A DNA stretch of 63,897 bases, filler included, from Trichomonas gallinae (lineage: Eukaryota), in the NCBI GenBank assembly GCA_008369845.1. It is 9 parts of 9 records of this genome, joined end to end, with 100 filler letters (N's around TTAATTAATTAA, not from the genome) between each part and the next. Parts side by side here need not be neighbours in the genome. Positions count along the whole stretch, not along the records: positions 1 to 11,899 come from MRSU01001180.1; positions 12,000 to 19,687 come from MRSU01001181.1; positions 19,788 to 27,320 come from MRSU01001182.1; 6 more parts are not named here. One strand, written 5' to 3'. Both the position numbers and the translations under genes were made by a program. Below the pieces are notes generated by a model. It made no database searches, was not told the origin of the DNA, and worked only from the letters and a program-made list of their open reading frames with translations. Positions 9,917 through 22,216 of the stretch are shown here, in pieces (position 1 is the stretch's first letter; each line of letters starts with the position of its first letter).

Positions 9917-11899
9917 ACTAAAATAATTGATCTGTAAAATTTTCAGTAGACTTTTTTTTTTGAATAGAAGAAAGTCTAACGTTGTGATAATGAAAATTTA
10001 TATAAATAATGATGGTTAAGGAGATATACGAGACATTGTCGATTAAGAAAAATTGAATATTCTGAGAAAACAAAAAATCGATTTGCTATTTTGTCGAATT
10101 TTTATGATATTTCTACAAAGAATAGATTAATTAGATCGTTTCTATTTGTGAATAGAAGTAAAATAATTTTACATTTGGTTTCGTTTTGCATTATATAGAA
10201 TAACCAGCATCACAGATCATGTTCACAAGATTTATTGTTTGTTAGATTTCATTGAAAAGATTGAATATTCAAAGTATATTCAGAGGTTTAGAATGCATTT
10301 TGATGAAATCTGTATCTACAATGGATTATAAGGACATTTTAAAGATAAAATATTTTTTCTTCCATTGAAAAACTCGCATTTGAAAAATTTGTTTCAAGAG
10401 ACAATTATTTCAGAGATGATAGAACAATTGACTTAATATCGCATAAGGAGATCCAGCTCATTATAAATATCTCGTTATGACTGTTAGACTACAGACAATT
10501 TTAATTGCAGAATATTGCTTATTACAGTTAAAAGATGCCATCGTGTGCAATATAATTCAAAATCTAACTGTAATTATCACCTTTCAATCCGATTATTTGT
10601 AAATAGAATAATTCTCATAATTTAATAAATTTGATCATTCACTCCAAATCGTGTGATTGCCATAGATAATTTTCGATCAACTTTTATTATTCGTTAATTA
10701 CTTTTAAGAACCACTTTTCTTTATAAGTTTTTCGCTACAATTGTTATTTTTCATATGTGAACCAAATACGACATTATTTTTTTAACGTATTTTCAATTTC
10801 AACCCTTAAAATTTCTGAGGAGCAGTTTTTCTTTTTAATCTTCAGAAATGTAAAAAGGGTTTAATTTTTATCATATATATATATTTCTCGATTCACAATA
10901 TGTTATCTTTTTAAAGATTTTTATTGGATTTGAGAAATTTCTCTTTGCCATATTGTTTCCTTATCTATTTCCACTGTTAATTCTTTCACTTCCGACGAAA
11001 TTTGTCCGCGTGTGACAAATCATCAGATGACAAATTTGTCTCTTCACGCACGGAATCGCTTATATGCGATCTACAGTGACAGGGAAACCTTTATTCCATT
11101 GACCAACTAAAACGTCCGCGCCGAATTTGTTGGGTCTTCCAAATGTCATTTTATCGATTAAACTGTTTAATTATGATTCATGAGTGGTCTATAATATAAT
11201 TGCAATAAACATTTTGGATAATTCTCATTTTTTCAATCTATTGAACAATTTTTTCAAAGTTTTTCGCAGAAGAACCAAATTAATATCATCCTTACATGTA
11301 TCTCATTAATATTTTTCGTATGGAAATTGAGATCATGTAATATTTCTTTGCTCTCCATGGCAAATTTTGAATTTAACTCATAGTTATTAATTAAACATTT
11401 TATTATCACCATTGCTTTCATTACCGGCAGTGCATTGTTGTTGCGTGATAGTTTTGATTTGAAATATTCTATTTATGTGACAATAACTTCAATTTGAACG
11501 AATATTCATTATTTTCTTATCTATTACATGGGAGGATGCTTATTCTGTCAATAATACCCGAATAACATATATTATAGAGGTTAAAACTGTTTTTTCCTAT
11601 AAAATCTCTAATTTGGTTAGTAAAAATATTAGATATTATCAGTTTAAATTTTGGAATTATATGAATAAACTAGAAATAACATCATTGATAAAGTTCTTTA
11701 TATAGGTTGTCGATCATTCAAATTAGAACATAATCATGAATCACCGAAAAAATAAGAGCAAGGGCTTGAAGAATGGTGATCACAAGTTATAGCTGTATTA
11801 ATACTCGATAATGCACTATAAATATCGAAAAATCATTTAATTCTTTTCAATACAAGTTTATTCACATATTATAAGGATTTATTTCTTCTTTGCATCCTT

Positions 11900-11999
11900 N
11901 NNNNNNNNNNNNNNNNNNNNNNNNNNNNNNNNNNNNNNNNNNNTTAATTAATTAANNNNNNNNNNNNNNNNNNNNNNNNNNNNNNNNNNNNNNNNNNNN
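11900..11999. other. Artificial contig linker (44N-TTAATTAATTAA-44N)
   Basis: Fixed 100-nt layout with stops in all six frames; identical at eight sites. Confidence 0.97.
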
Positions 12000-13331
12000 T
12001 CTGACCAAATTACATTTTTTACTATCGCCACCACAACTTCTTCGGCGCCAGCCACTGGCCCGACCATTTATATACTTATGTATAAATGCAAGTATTCGGA
12101 TATGCAATGATAATATTGTCATTAAACATTATATTATTGATGTTGCTTAATAAACTCATTCTATATTTCGCATTCCATATTAGAAGATACTAAAAATTTG
12201 AATTGAAAGTTGAGAATTGTGAGTTGAAGTTGACCAACTTTATCTATTTTGTAGAAAATATTGATTTCATTTGGAATTCCAGGTGTGATAATCATTAGCT
12301 TATGAATAGTTGGTTTTCTGATTTTAATGATGAAACACACCATACTCAGATGCTAGAATCTATTCTTGAAAAAAATTAGAATATTTACAAAAATCAGCTT
12401 TAAAACTATACATTTCGAATAGGTAATATGGCATTAAATGTTGTTATTGTGTTGATTAACATCTTGTAAAAATGTAAAATGCAATTTATTATGAAGGCAA
12501 TATCTTAATTCATCAACATAAACACAAATTTTATAAAATAAAAAGTGCAACAATCAGTATATGTATGAATATGCAATGTCATATATAGCTCATCGCTATA
12601 AAACAATTCTATCAAAACGAATGAAAAGAAATATTTAATAATTATTAAATATTTTAGAAATAACAAAGTATATAGATGTTAAAAAGCCGATAGAAGTTGT
12701 ATATGCATCGCAAATTCCATTACTGGCAAAATCAATAAGATACGCAGAATTTTATGTGTAAATATGCATTTTAGAGTTATAAAAATTGTTTCAGTGAGGA
12801 ACTTATATATATTACCAAACTGTTGATTAATTTATGCAGACAATTAATTTCGTTCAGAGAACAATATCAAAAAATTTATCAAAACCATTAACTTAGGTAC
12901 TATTTGATGAATACCTAACTGGCGGATATGTTGGCTAAAAGAAAGTCTTAAATAATTGTGTATAACGGTCCGTGTCAATTTTTGAGAAACTATTATATTG
13001 TAAAATTGATATAGTAAAAGAAGAGATTTCCTATTGCCAATATTTTTGTATTTTACGTAACATTGACTACTACAGAATGATATTCAATTATTTGAAAGCC
13101 TAAACGGAAAAGTGACATTAATGTTAGGAAACAATGCTTTATATCAACACAATATAATTTCACTTTTTGATGGATATGATGTAGAAATGGATAAAAAGTG
13201 ACAGTCGGGTTTTCTTTCATATTTATGTGTTTTGGTATAAATATATGTAATATAAGTTGAATGTCAATAAAATTGAGATAAGCATGTCACTTCAATTTCC
13301 GCGCTGCCAAAATTCAAAAAATAACAAACTG

Positions 13332-13916
13332 ATGTTCACTTATCACGTGCTCTCTATGCCGGCCTCTTGTGAGCTCCATGATGCCATAAAGATGAGTCTG
13401 CATGATATTATGGCTGTGAACACACTAAGTGCACATCCTTCGAGCCTGGAAAATCATCTAATCAACCCGACCACTGTAAAGAAATCGAGATGGACATCTG
13501 AAGAAGATGAGAAACTTGTAGCAGCTGTCAAAGTCCACGGTGCAAGAAATTGGGTAAAGATTTCAGATATTGTTGGAACAAGAAATGGAAAACAGTGCCG
13601 TGAACGCTGGATCATTCACCACGATCCATCATTCAGCCGTGACAGTTGGACTGCTGATGAAGATGCTGAATTGCTTCGTTTATGGTCCGAATTAGGTAAC
13701 AAATGGTCCAAAATCGCTAAATTAATGAAAGGAAGATCCACAACAAACATTAAGAATAGGTTCAAGTTCTTAAACAATCACAAATTGATCGACCTGCCTC
13801 AAACTCCATCAAATTCTCTCCAACTCGAAGAATTGAACTCTATTGATGATGAATGCTTCGATCCGTTCACATGCGATGGATTTATGCACGAAGAATTGTT
13901 TGCATCATTCATTTAA
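13332..13916 (+). CDS. R2R3 Myb transcription factor (start uncertain: in-frame ATGs at 13332, 13356, 13392)
   Basis: RWTSEEDEKL...GARNWVKIS..VGTRNGKQCRERW and WTADEDAELL...GNKWSKIAKLMKGRSTTNIKNRF; acidic tail. Confidence 0.93.
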   Translation: MFTYHVLSMPASCELHDAIKMSLHDIMAVNTLSAHPSSLENHLINPTTVKKSRWTSEEDEKLVAAVKVHGARNWVKISDIVGTRNGKQCRERWIIHHDPSFSRDSWTADEDAELLRLWSELGNKWSKIAKLMKGRSTTNIKNRFKFLNNHKLIDLPQTPSNSLQLEELNSIDDECFDPFTCDGFMHEELFASFI

Positions 13917-14676
13917 TATACCAGAAATGTTTAATTCATAGTTTCGGAAACTTTATTGTTCAGAAATCTTGTGTTTTGTTTTGTAAAAGATTGCTTTCTA
14001 TTCCTTTTATTCTTTCTCTTAAATTAGAAATTTTCCTTTTACATCTAGTTAATGACTTTTGCAGATGCTAAAATTATTTTCAGCTTGATGTGCCCTAAAG
14101 GATTTTCCTATAGAATTCGTTATCCACGCAGAAAACTGTGAATGAAATTTGAAAACAATTGTTGAGATTTCTGCAATTGATTACTATGATAACAAAGCAT
14201 TTATGAATATAATTTTACAGTAGACGCAAACAGATTCATCCGTTATATGACATTCTTGGAATGCAATGATTTGCACTTGATATTTGAAAGTATATGCATA
14301 GGCATAGACTAAAATTATACTAATTTAACTTATTTTAATGATATATTTCTTTCATTCAATAAATGAAAAGATATATGTATAAATATTGACCCTGTGCTAA
14401 GAAAAATGCATAAAATACATAATAAACATAGTTTCTCTGAATAATAATGTGAAAAATATTTTGAATTAATAAAAAATATCGAGCAGATGTCAAAATATGT
14501 GGTTTACAATAGCGATTTTATGTATTGAAAAAAATTATGATTGGCAAGCTATGTAAGAACAAAATATAAAAAAATTGAGATCAAGTAAAAGAGATATAAT
14601 ATTATTTTTCTTTTGCAAACCGATAGTAAACTAATAAGCAAACTAAAATATTTATACAAACAGAAGAATTATGTAA

Positions 14677-15378
14677 TTAATAAGTTTCATCATTCAATAA
14701 ATCTTGTTCGTCCTCAATAATGTTGTCAGACCTTATCTTCTTCGTAACATCACAGAATCTCAGCTCATTATACAAAATTGCCAAGATATATAGTGATACT
14801 GCTTGAAAGATTGAATTTAAGTAAAGAAGCCACATTTTTGTTGATTTTTCATTGTTAAGTTGGCACATCATGAGTCCAAAAAAGGCTCCAATCATGTTAA
14901 TATGTTGTCCAACTAGAGAACAACCTAATGTTGTTCCAAGTTTGATGCATTGCTGTAGCTGAGGTATATGCGATATGATTTGCGTTATTGGTTTGATGTA
15001 ATCTGTAACAGGTATAGATTCCGGATAATATTTTGCTAAAAATAAAGGAATTAATATAACAGATGATGCAAATATGGCCTTTTTGTTCGAAGAATAATAG
15101 CTAAATTGAAATAAAAACAGTAAATGCTCGGCAGTGTTAAGAGTTCCATACAAAAAGACAGGAAGCCCTGCACCATTGTATAGAGAATTGAAGCATAAGA
15201 ACGCTGAGCCTATCAGTTTAATGATTGTCGAATGAAGAGAAAATCCGCTGCATGATTTTCTCCTAAAATTGAGAATAAACTGTGGAATGTAGACGACAAA
15301 GAAGCAGAACGAAGAAAAGGTGCCAAGCCAACATGCGCAGCCTCGTGGAAAATCAAATCCACATTCCCAGTTCACCAT
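14677..15378 (-). CDS. PQ-loop repeat membrane protein (233 aa)
   Basis: Two PQ motifs (YIPQFILNFRRKSCSGFS; HIPQLQQCIKLGTTLGCS) and multiple hydrophobic helices. Acidic dileucine-like tail EDEQDLL suggests lysosomal targeting. Confidence 0.9.
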   Translation of the reverse strand: MVNWECGFDFPRGCACWLGTFSSFCFFVVYIPQFILNFRRKSCSGFSLHSTIIKLIGSAFLCFNSLYNGAGLPVFLYGTLNTAEHLLFLFQFSYYSSNKKAIFASSVILIPLFLAKYYPESIPVTDYIKPITQIISHIPQLQQCIKLGTTLGCSLVGQHINMIGAFFGLMMCQLNNEKSTKMWLLYLNSIFQAVSLYILAILYNELRFCDVTKKIRSDNIIEDEQDLLNDETY

Positions 15379-15959
15379 ACTATCGGCAAGAAAACTGACA
15401 ATGATTTGATGTGCTTACAAAATTGACAAAATTGTATATTATAAAAGTGATGCGTTTTAAAATAATTATAGATCATTACGTGGCGCAAATGATATTGATG
15501 ACCAGGTGGTACTTAAATTCTTGTGCCATTGGTGTATGTTTAATTGTCTAATGTTATTAATACACAAAAGACGAAATAAAGATAAAAATGAATATTGTGA
15601 TACAACATAGAAGGGGGAAAAAATGTTCTTTGAGAGTATCAAACTTGGTATAGATCTATAATATAAATATTCATTGTAGAAATTGCTTAGAATTCATAGT
15701 CCTCATTTAGAAAGTTTATTTAAGATTACACCATATTTGTCAAAAAAAAAAATGCTATTCAATAGAATTCCTTTCAATATATCATTTTAAATTGGAAAAA
15801 TATCAAAATTTATAAGCTTGTTTTAATGTGTGAAATTGGTGCTACATGATGAGACCAATTCCAAAGAAATAACAGTCAAGATTAAAGAAAATACATATAA
15901 TTTTAGAATTGTTTCATAATTAAAATTGTGAAATATAAGTTCAAAAACAGCTTGTGGAC

Positions 15960-18959
15960 TTAAACAAAATTATCATAGTTATAACGAATTAAATCCATTA
16001 AGCTGCCTTTCGTTTGAATTGAATTATACAAGTTCAACATGAAATCAACGATGTTGATTTTTTCAATACATTCGTTTAATGTAATCCTCGTTTGAAGTTC
16101 TTCAAACTTGTATTTTTCACGAAAGTCTTCGAATGAGGTTTGATCAATATACCCGAAACATTCCAATTCAGGGAACATGAATTTGTACTTATAAATATAT
16201 TTCTTGTTGGCCTTCATCTCTTTTTCTTTTTTATTGAACAATATGCGGATGTGCGGGAGGAAGATTTCATTGTTTATCTTGTTGACAAGAAAGTTCTCTT
16301 TAAGTTCCGTTCCCATGTTAGCATGGTACAAAAGAATTGAGGGATCGACATCAATAAGATTGCTGATATTTATGTATTTTAATCTTTTCGTATCATCTTT
16401 GAAGAAATTCAAAAATTTATCTTTGATATCTACCGGAATAGTCCAAGCGCCATCCTCCTTCCTAAAATAAGGTAGATTATTGAATTCCTGTCGAATATAA
16501 TATTTATACGCTTCTTGAACGACAACTGGATAATCACCAACATAAACTTTTTCTTTGGTTTTATCATGAGCATTATGTCTTTGCGCATTATATTGTTGAC
16601 GATTTTGATTTGGTGCATTATATTGTTGACGATTTTGATTTGACTTTAAGAGCATTGAATGATCTTCATTGCAGACAAATTTGATGCAAAAGTCATTGTC
16701 GTGATTGTCAGCAGCATTGGGCCAATAACACAAAGCTATGTACTCGTAATTATTCTTAAGAAGTTCAAGATTTTCAAGATTGAAATCGTAAAGATAAAAA
16801 TTAGCCACATTATCGCTCGTAAAGAATAATTCTGTATAGTATGTTTCTGTGTCGTGGTAATCTGTATAGCCGATATAATATAGAATTCCTTTTTCAACAG
16901 GATTTTTTTCTACATTCTTGCATAACATGAATCTCCATTTATCTTCTTTCTGGCCAAACGGCATCAAACTTATGAGCTTTTCAGTGATATCTTTCAATCT
17001 TTCATCATCGCAGCTATAGAAAATAGTTCCATCACAAGCAATGATGTTTGAATCAAGCAGATGAATGAGCTCACAAAAAATTGCACATTGGGCAAAATCG
17101 TTTTTAATCGACTTCATGATTTTTCCATGAATGTGACTGTAGTTATATTGATCTCCGAACTTATGAACATTGAGCATGAAGACCTTCTCATCTGGCTTGA
17201 ATCTAACATTAATCATGCCCGGACAGCTGAAATTTCGTTTTTGGTCTGGTTCAATAAAATGAGTGTCAAATTTTTCGTATTCTTCTTTGGGAAGCTTCTT
17301 AATATTCTTAAGAATATTATCGACGAGTTTGAAAAGGTCAAGTTTGTATTCTTCTTGATATTTCCAACAATTTTCATCGATTTTTGAAATGACATCAAAT
17401 ATCACTGAATTAAAATCATCAAACTCAACGGATTGTTTCTTTAAAAAGTTGAAGAAGGAATCTCTAATTTCTTCGATATCACCATCAATTTTTTCGATAG
17501 GTTTCCATATTAATGCTTTGATTATCCTCTTTATTGCTGGAACAACCGATGATGCTATGTCATCCTTTATTTCCAAATACAGCGGAGAGTTATAATTGTT
17601 TTCTCTGAAAAAGTTTTTCCGCATAAATGAGAAGAAGATATATGAGCAAATAAAAGTAGGATTTATATCATCAGTATTTGGCAATGCTTGGATCAGATCA
17701 TCAATAATTTCGCTCTCTAAATAAGTCAAATTACCATAAATTTTTGATTTTTGTGGATCTTCACAATAATATGAAACTTCCTGTGCATCATCAAATTTCC
17801 TGCTATCTGGTTGAATTCCATAAATGGAGCGTGTTTTGCTTTGCATTGGATCCTTTGTCAAACTGTTTTTCAAGAAAACGAGCACATAATTTCTGTTTAG
17901 AATTGTGCCTGTTGTAATTTTGTAGTATTCTCTTAAGACTGGGCGCATATAATCGAATCTCTTTATATCTTTTGCGATGAAAAATCTTCTGATGTTCATA
18001 TCGGAAGGCAATGGTCGAATTTCAACATCATCATAAATTTGAGAAAGATCGAAATAAATTTCTTTTGCATCTGGAGGTAGCATGCGCGTCTTCAGCAATA
18101 TGAAGTCATTTATATCGAAACTGCTGTATTGTTTCAATTGTATTACTTGATTTGGTTGAAGATTCCTGAATGTATATTGATGTTTTGTTTCTGTTTTTCT
18201 ATCTGATGTTTTTGTAAACATGTCGCTGACGTGGATATCTCCTGGAGGAAGATTTTCATAGAATTCTGGATTAACACACCCGAATCTGTTGTTTATTCTC
18301 TCAATTTTTTTGTCTGCTCTATCTAGTAATTTGCTATAATCAAAATTCATGTAAGAATAAATGAAGAAATTATTGGAATTGTTGACAATGTTTTTGAGCC
18401 TTTTGAAGTATGGTAGTAATATATCTTCTTCAGATATAACAGGATTAACAAGGAAGTAAAAATTTTTCGGATCTGGAATTTGATTTTCTGGAAATTCATT
18501 CAAAAAAAGAACTTTGAAATCACAATCTTCTGGAAAACTGTTTGCTTCTTGAATATAGACGTCATTTGGATAACAATCGATAATAATAAAATTATCATTG
18601 AATTGTTTTTGTAGAATTCGAATAACTGTTGGTAGATAAAACCTAAGGCATCGTAATTGGCAGTATCTGTATTCCTTAACGAATAAAATATATAAAATTG
18701 ATGCCAAAACACCAATTAATTTATCTGGAAATTGTACATCTTGATTATATGGGTTAACTATCCATTCTAAATTGATTTCTTTGTAGATTTGCTGAATTAA
18801 TTCGCTTTTGATTGATTTATTTTTTTGGATCTTTTTTATTATTTTATCCAGATCATCTAGAACCTTTTCGTATGCTTCTTTTTCCTTTGTTCTGTTTTCG
18901 TTTTCTAATATTTGTGTTGTTGCTTTCCGCTTCCAATCATATATTGCTAACTCTGACAT
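15960..18959 (-). CDS. Large hypothetical protein (999 aa)
   Basis: 3-kb stop-free ORF in AT-rich DNA; no confidently recognised domain. Contains a 30-nt-period duplication (NQNRQQYNA twice) at 16585-16642. Confidence 0.8.
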   Translation of the reverse strand: MSELAIYDWKRKATTQILENENRTKEKEAYEKVLDDLDKIIKKIQKNKSIKSELIQQIYKEINLEWIVNPYNQDVQFPDKLIGVLASILYILFVKEYRYCQLRCLRFYLPTVIRILQKQFNDNFIIIDCYPNDVYIQEANSFPEDCDFKVLFLNEFPENQIPDPKNFYFLVNPVISEEDILLPYFKRLKNIVNNSNNFFIYSYMNFDYSKLLDRADKKIERINNRFGCVNPEFYENLPPGDIHVSDMFTKTSDRKTETKHQYTFRNLQPNQVIQLKQYSSFDINDFILLKTRMLPPDAKEIYFDLSQIYDDVEIRPLPSDMNIRRFFIAKDIKRFDYMRPVLREYYKITTGTILNRNYVLVFLKNSLTKDPMQSKTRSIYGIQPDSRKFDDAQEVSYYCEDPQKSKIYGNLTYLESEIIDDLIQALPNTDDINPTFICSYIFFSFMRKNFFRENNYNSPLYLEIKDDIASSVVPAIKRIIKALIWKPIEKIDGDIEEIRDSFFNFLKKQSVEFDDFNSVIFDVISKIDENCWKYQEEYKLDLFKLVDNILKNIKKLPKEEYEKFDTHFIEPDQKRNFSCPGMINVRFKPDEKVFMLNVHKFGDQYNYSHIHGKIMKSIKNDFAQCAIFCELIHLLDSNIIACDGTIFYSCDDERLKDITEKLISLMPFGQKEDKWRFMLCKNVEKNPVEKGILYYIGYTDYHDTETYYTELFFTSDNVANFYLYDFNLENLELLKNNYEYIALCYWPNAADNHDNDFCIKFVCNEDHSMLLKSNQNRQQYNAPNQNRQQYNAQRHNAHDKTKEKVYVGDYPVVVQEAYKYYIRQEFNNLPYFRKEDGAWTIPVDIKDKFLNFFKDDTKRLKYINISNLIDVDPSILLYHANMGTELKENFLVNKINNEIFLPHIRILFNKKEKEMKANKKYIYKYKFMFPELECFGYIDQTSFEDFREKYKFEELQTRITLNECIEKINIVDFMLNLYNSIQTKGSLMDLIRYNYDNFV

Positions 18960-19652
18960 TTTTTTGACTTTTTTGACTAGAGGGAAAGCTTAAAATTTGC
19001 TGGATTTGGGTCTCTATAAGCTCATACTTTTAGTCTAGTTAATAGAAAATTGCGATTTCGTCTTATTTCATTCAGTTATTATTTTTTGATTTTCATATTT
19101 GAGTAAAACTGTTTTCTTTTATTACAGATCTCATTAACTGTGCCATCTCTGTTTATATGTGACTTATTTTACCAAATTTTAGCAAAATAGTGGATTTTTA
19201 GAGAACAAATTGTTTAAATCCTTAGATATTGTATAGACAGTACCTAATTGGGTATTATATATTCTCTGCAAGTTTTGAAGCGATTGCATTTTTCTGATTT
19301 TAGCTATATTTCGACAGGATTTGTGAATCATAATACGATGAAATTAAGCAAGACTCAACATTATGAATGAACATCTGAAGAAACAGAGAATCATACCAAA
19401 TTATGCAATACAGTATCATATTCATATCATTTATATAGTATTACATATATGTATAGAATTGAATTTGTTTTAAAGTTCCATTTCCTTCATATCCGCACTC
19501 AAACATGATATTTTTGGATAATTTTATCATCTCTTCAGCTATATCATTGCATTGTTTGGGTATATTGAAACGACAATTTTAAATAATTCATTATCAATAT
19601 CCTGTAGCATGATAAGAAGCTAATACAGAACTTTAAATTCGATTGCTCCATG

Positions 19653-19687
<35 letters not shown>

Positions 19688-19787
19688 NNNNNNNNNNNNN
19701 NNNNNNNNNNNNNNNNNNNNNNNNNNNNNNNTTAATTAATTAANNNNNNNNNNNNNNNNNNNNNNNNNNNNNNNNNNNNNNNNNNNN
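19688..19787. other. Artificial contig linker
   Basis: 44N-TTAATTAATTAA-44N. Confidence 0.97.
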
Positions 19788-20092
19788 AAAGGTTATTTTT
19801 GCCTGGAAGATTGGGAAAATGGAGTTTGGGAAATTTCCAGAATATCTTCCGAATTTGCATCCCTAGAAATATATAAGCATACGTGCATTGTATGATATTG
19901 TATAAGAAATTTATACATGTACTAATGAAAATAATGATAATGAAAATAAGGGGATGTATCCTGACCACCCCCTTCTTTAGATAAAAAAAAATTACGGTAA
20001 CTCCAAAAAGAACTCGAAAAAGAATCCCAGACGATTCAAAAGCCAAAACGGAGCCAAAAACAAGAGTAAGGACAGTAACTAGTCCTCTGAGA

Positions 20093-20719
20093 ATGATTGG
20101 CGATAATGAAAGCATATCAACTGATTTTACGAAAGACGTCTATGTCAAAGATGGCTTTTTAAAAGGCATCATTACACGCAAAAAAGTTGCAAAAATCAAT
20201 GGAATTAGACATTATTTCTATTATAAGCAAGATGGAGAAGAAAATTTAATTGCTAAAGCGAAAACATTCAATTCGGACAAAATTCCAATAACCGCTGGCG
20301 ATGATATACATTTAAGTTCCTCCAATTTCATTGGAGAAGTTCATCAAGATTATCATCATTCACATTTCGGATTAGTTACTCGAGAATCTAACCCAGACAC
20401 TGTTATGGATATTGATTTCCAACTTCCACGACAAAAATCAGATGGAGACAGAAAAATTCGAGTTTTCTTTTTATTTGAACCATTATATCCATCTCCTTTG
20501 GTAAATGCACCAATAACAGAAGATCCTGCATTCGGAGATGTTAATAGACAGATCTCAATTAAAAACTGTATCTTAAAAGATGAAAAAAATGATCAACATT
20601 TAATAATTATTCGGAAAACAGAGAGAAACACATTAGAAATCACTTCAAAACTTAATATCATCCCTGTATGTATGTTTGCATTAGGTATTGCCGCTTTCCT
20701 TGGAAGAAAGCCGCTTTAA
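20093..20719 (+). CDS. Tubby C-terminal-like domain protein (true start possibly further upstream)
   Basis: C-terminal SIKNCIL...IIRKTERNTLEITSKLNIIPVCMFALGIAAF resembles the Tubby end motif. The frame is open from 19985 with a coding-like K/R-rich peptide. Confidence 0.65.
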   Translation: MIGDNESISTDFTKDVYVKDGFLKGIITRKKVAKINGIRHYFYYKQDGEENLIAKAKTFNSDKIPITAGDDIHLSSSNFIGEVHQDYHHSHFGLVTRESNPDTVMDIDFQLPRQKSDGDRKIRVFFLFEPLYPSPLVNAPITEDPAFGDVNRQISIKNCILKDEKNDQHLIIIRKTERNTLEITSKLNIIPVCMFALGIAAFLGRKPL

Positions 20720-22216
20720 TTTAACGTGCAATTCATATCTCGAGAAATTCAATTTGGTGATTATCTCGAATATAAGTAGAAATTAATATCGTCAACAAAA
20801 GAAGTTCCTACATGATTGAATTTAATATTTGAAATATTTTAGTTACAGCAATCTAATGTAAGGTTTTAGTACATTAATCTGTAGGATCAACTAATTCATT
20901 TTTAGCATCTATTACCTGCAAAAAATTAAAGAGAATTAGTTGGTTAATGAGAAATCACCGGTGATAATAATTAAACTCGTTTATACCTCAAGAAAATCAT
21001 TTATAATCGTCAATGTACAATATATAGTTAAAATACAATATCCTTATTAATGCTTTTAATTATTTTTAAAATGAATTTATTTATGTATTTATTTAATTCC
21101 GTTGGAGTAAAACTAATTCTTGCACGTATACATCTCCATAACAACATTGTTGCAAATATATCGCTTAAAATTTCGTATAAAAAATTGAAAGAAAAATTGA
21201 GAGAAATATTTTACTTTTTTGATGACCTCATAGAATTATTTGAGGTCAAGTTTTTCTTTGCAGAAATAAATTTCAATCTATTTCGTGCCCAAAATTTAAT
21301 AAACACGATAGCAATGACCTTTATATTCTAAAGGAACAATAATAATCTGGAAATTGACAATTTTTAACAGATCGAGATTTCAAATGTCAGAGTATAAATC
21401 GCTCTGAAGAATGCGGATAAACACTCATTAAAGTGTAACATAGATCTATGTACTTCAAATCTATGCCAGAGGCATGAATCTCTCCTATACTTTTTTATTT
21501 TTGCAAAAATTATTTCAGACTTTTGAGAGAATTGAGATTAGCGAATCAAATTTTGAGAACAATATGTGTGACTTCTTAAGTAGTGTATTAAACTCAAAAA
21601 TCTTCTCATATTTTAGTTCTCAAAATTGAATTAAAGTAATTTTTGGTTAGAATAAACGTCTACAGATATCGTTTTCCTATTTTAACATTTATAGCTTTGA
21701 GGTGAGTTTTCAATTTTGTTTACTTTTTTTATTTGATTAAAACATTTTCCTACATATCTAAAATAATAAAAATATGAAGAGTTTTTTTATTTATTATATA
21801 AATCCGTTCTAACGTATTTTTTTAACTGAACAAATTAAAAAATAGTATCGAAAATATGTTAATCTAACCATCTAAATATTAACTGACAAAATCAAAATTT
21901 TAATATTTTAATCTATATATCATAAAGAATAACTAAAAATGACTTTGACAAAGTTTTTTTGAATCATTTTTCAAAAAATTCACTTTCAAATTAAATTCAG
22001 ATATTATTAATACACTAAAGAAATAATTTATAAATTTGATTTTTTTAACTTCGAACGACATCAGAACATTTTTCTATGAACCTTTCAATCAAGTTATCAA
22101 AATCATTCTGTCGCTTTTTATATAATATTTATTCATTACATCATTAAACGAAAAATAATTTTAAGAATCTTTTATATCTGATCGAAAAAAAAAAATCTTT
22201 TAGAATAAATTAAAGA

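Noticed and set aside
19956..19980. 25-nt GT...AG candidate short intron
   Set aside because: Lacks the trichomonad CTAAC/AACAG 3' consensus, and removing it does not join any upstream ATG frame to the downstream reading frame.
21223..21248. TGACCTCA-N10-TGAGGTCA inverted repeat
   Set aside because: A single 8-bp stem in intergenic DNA is expected by chance in 64 kb; no supporting context.
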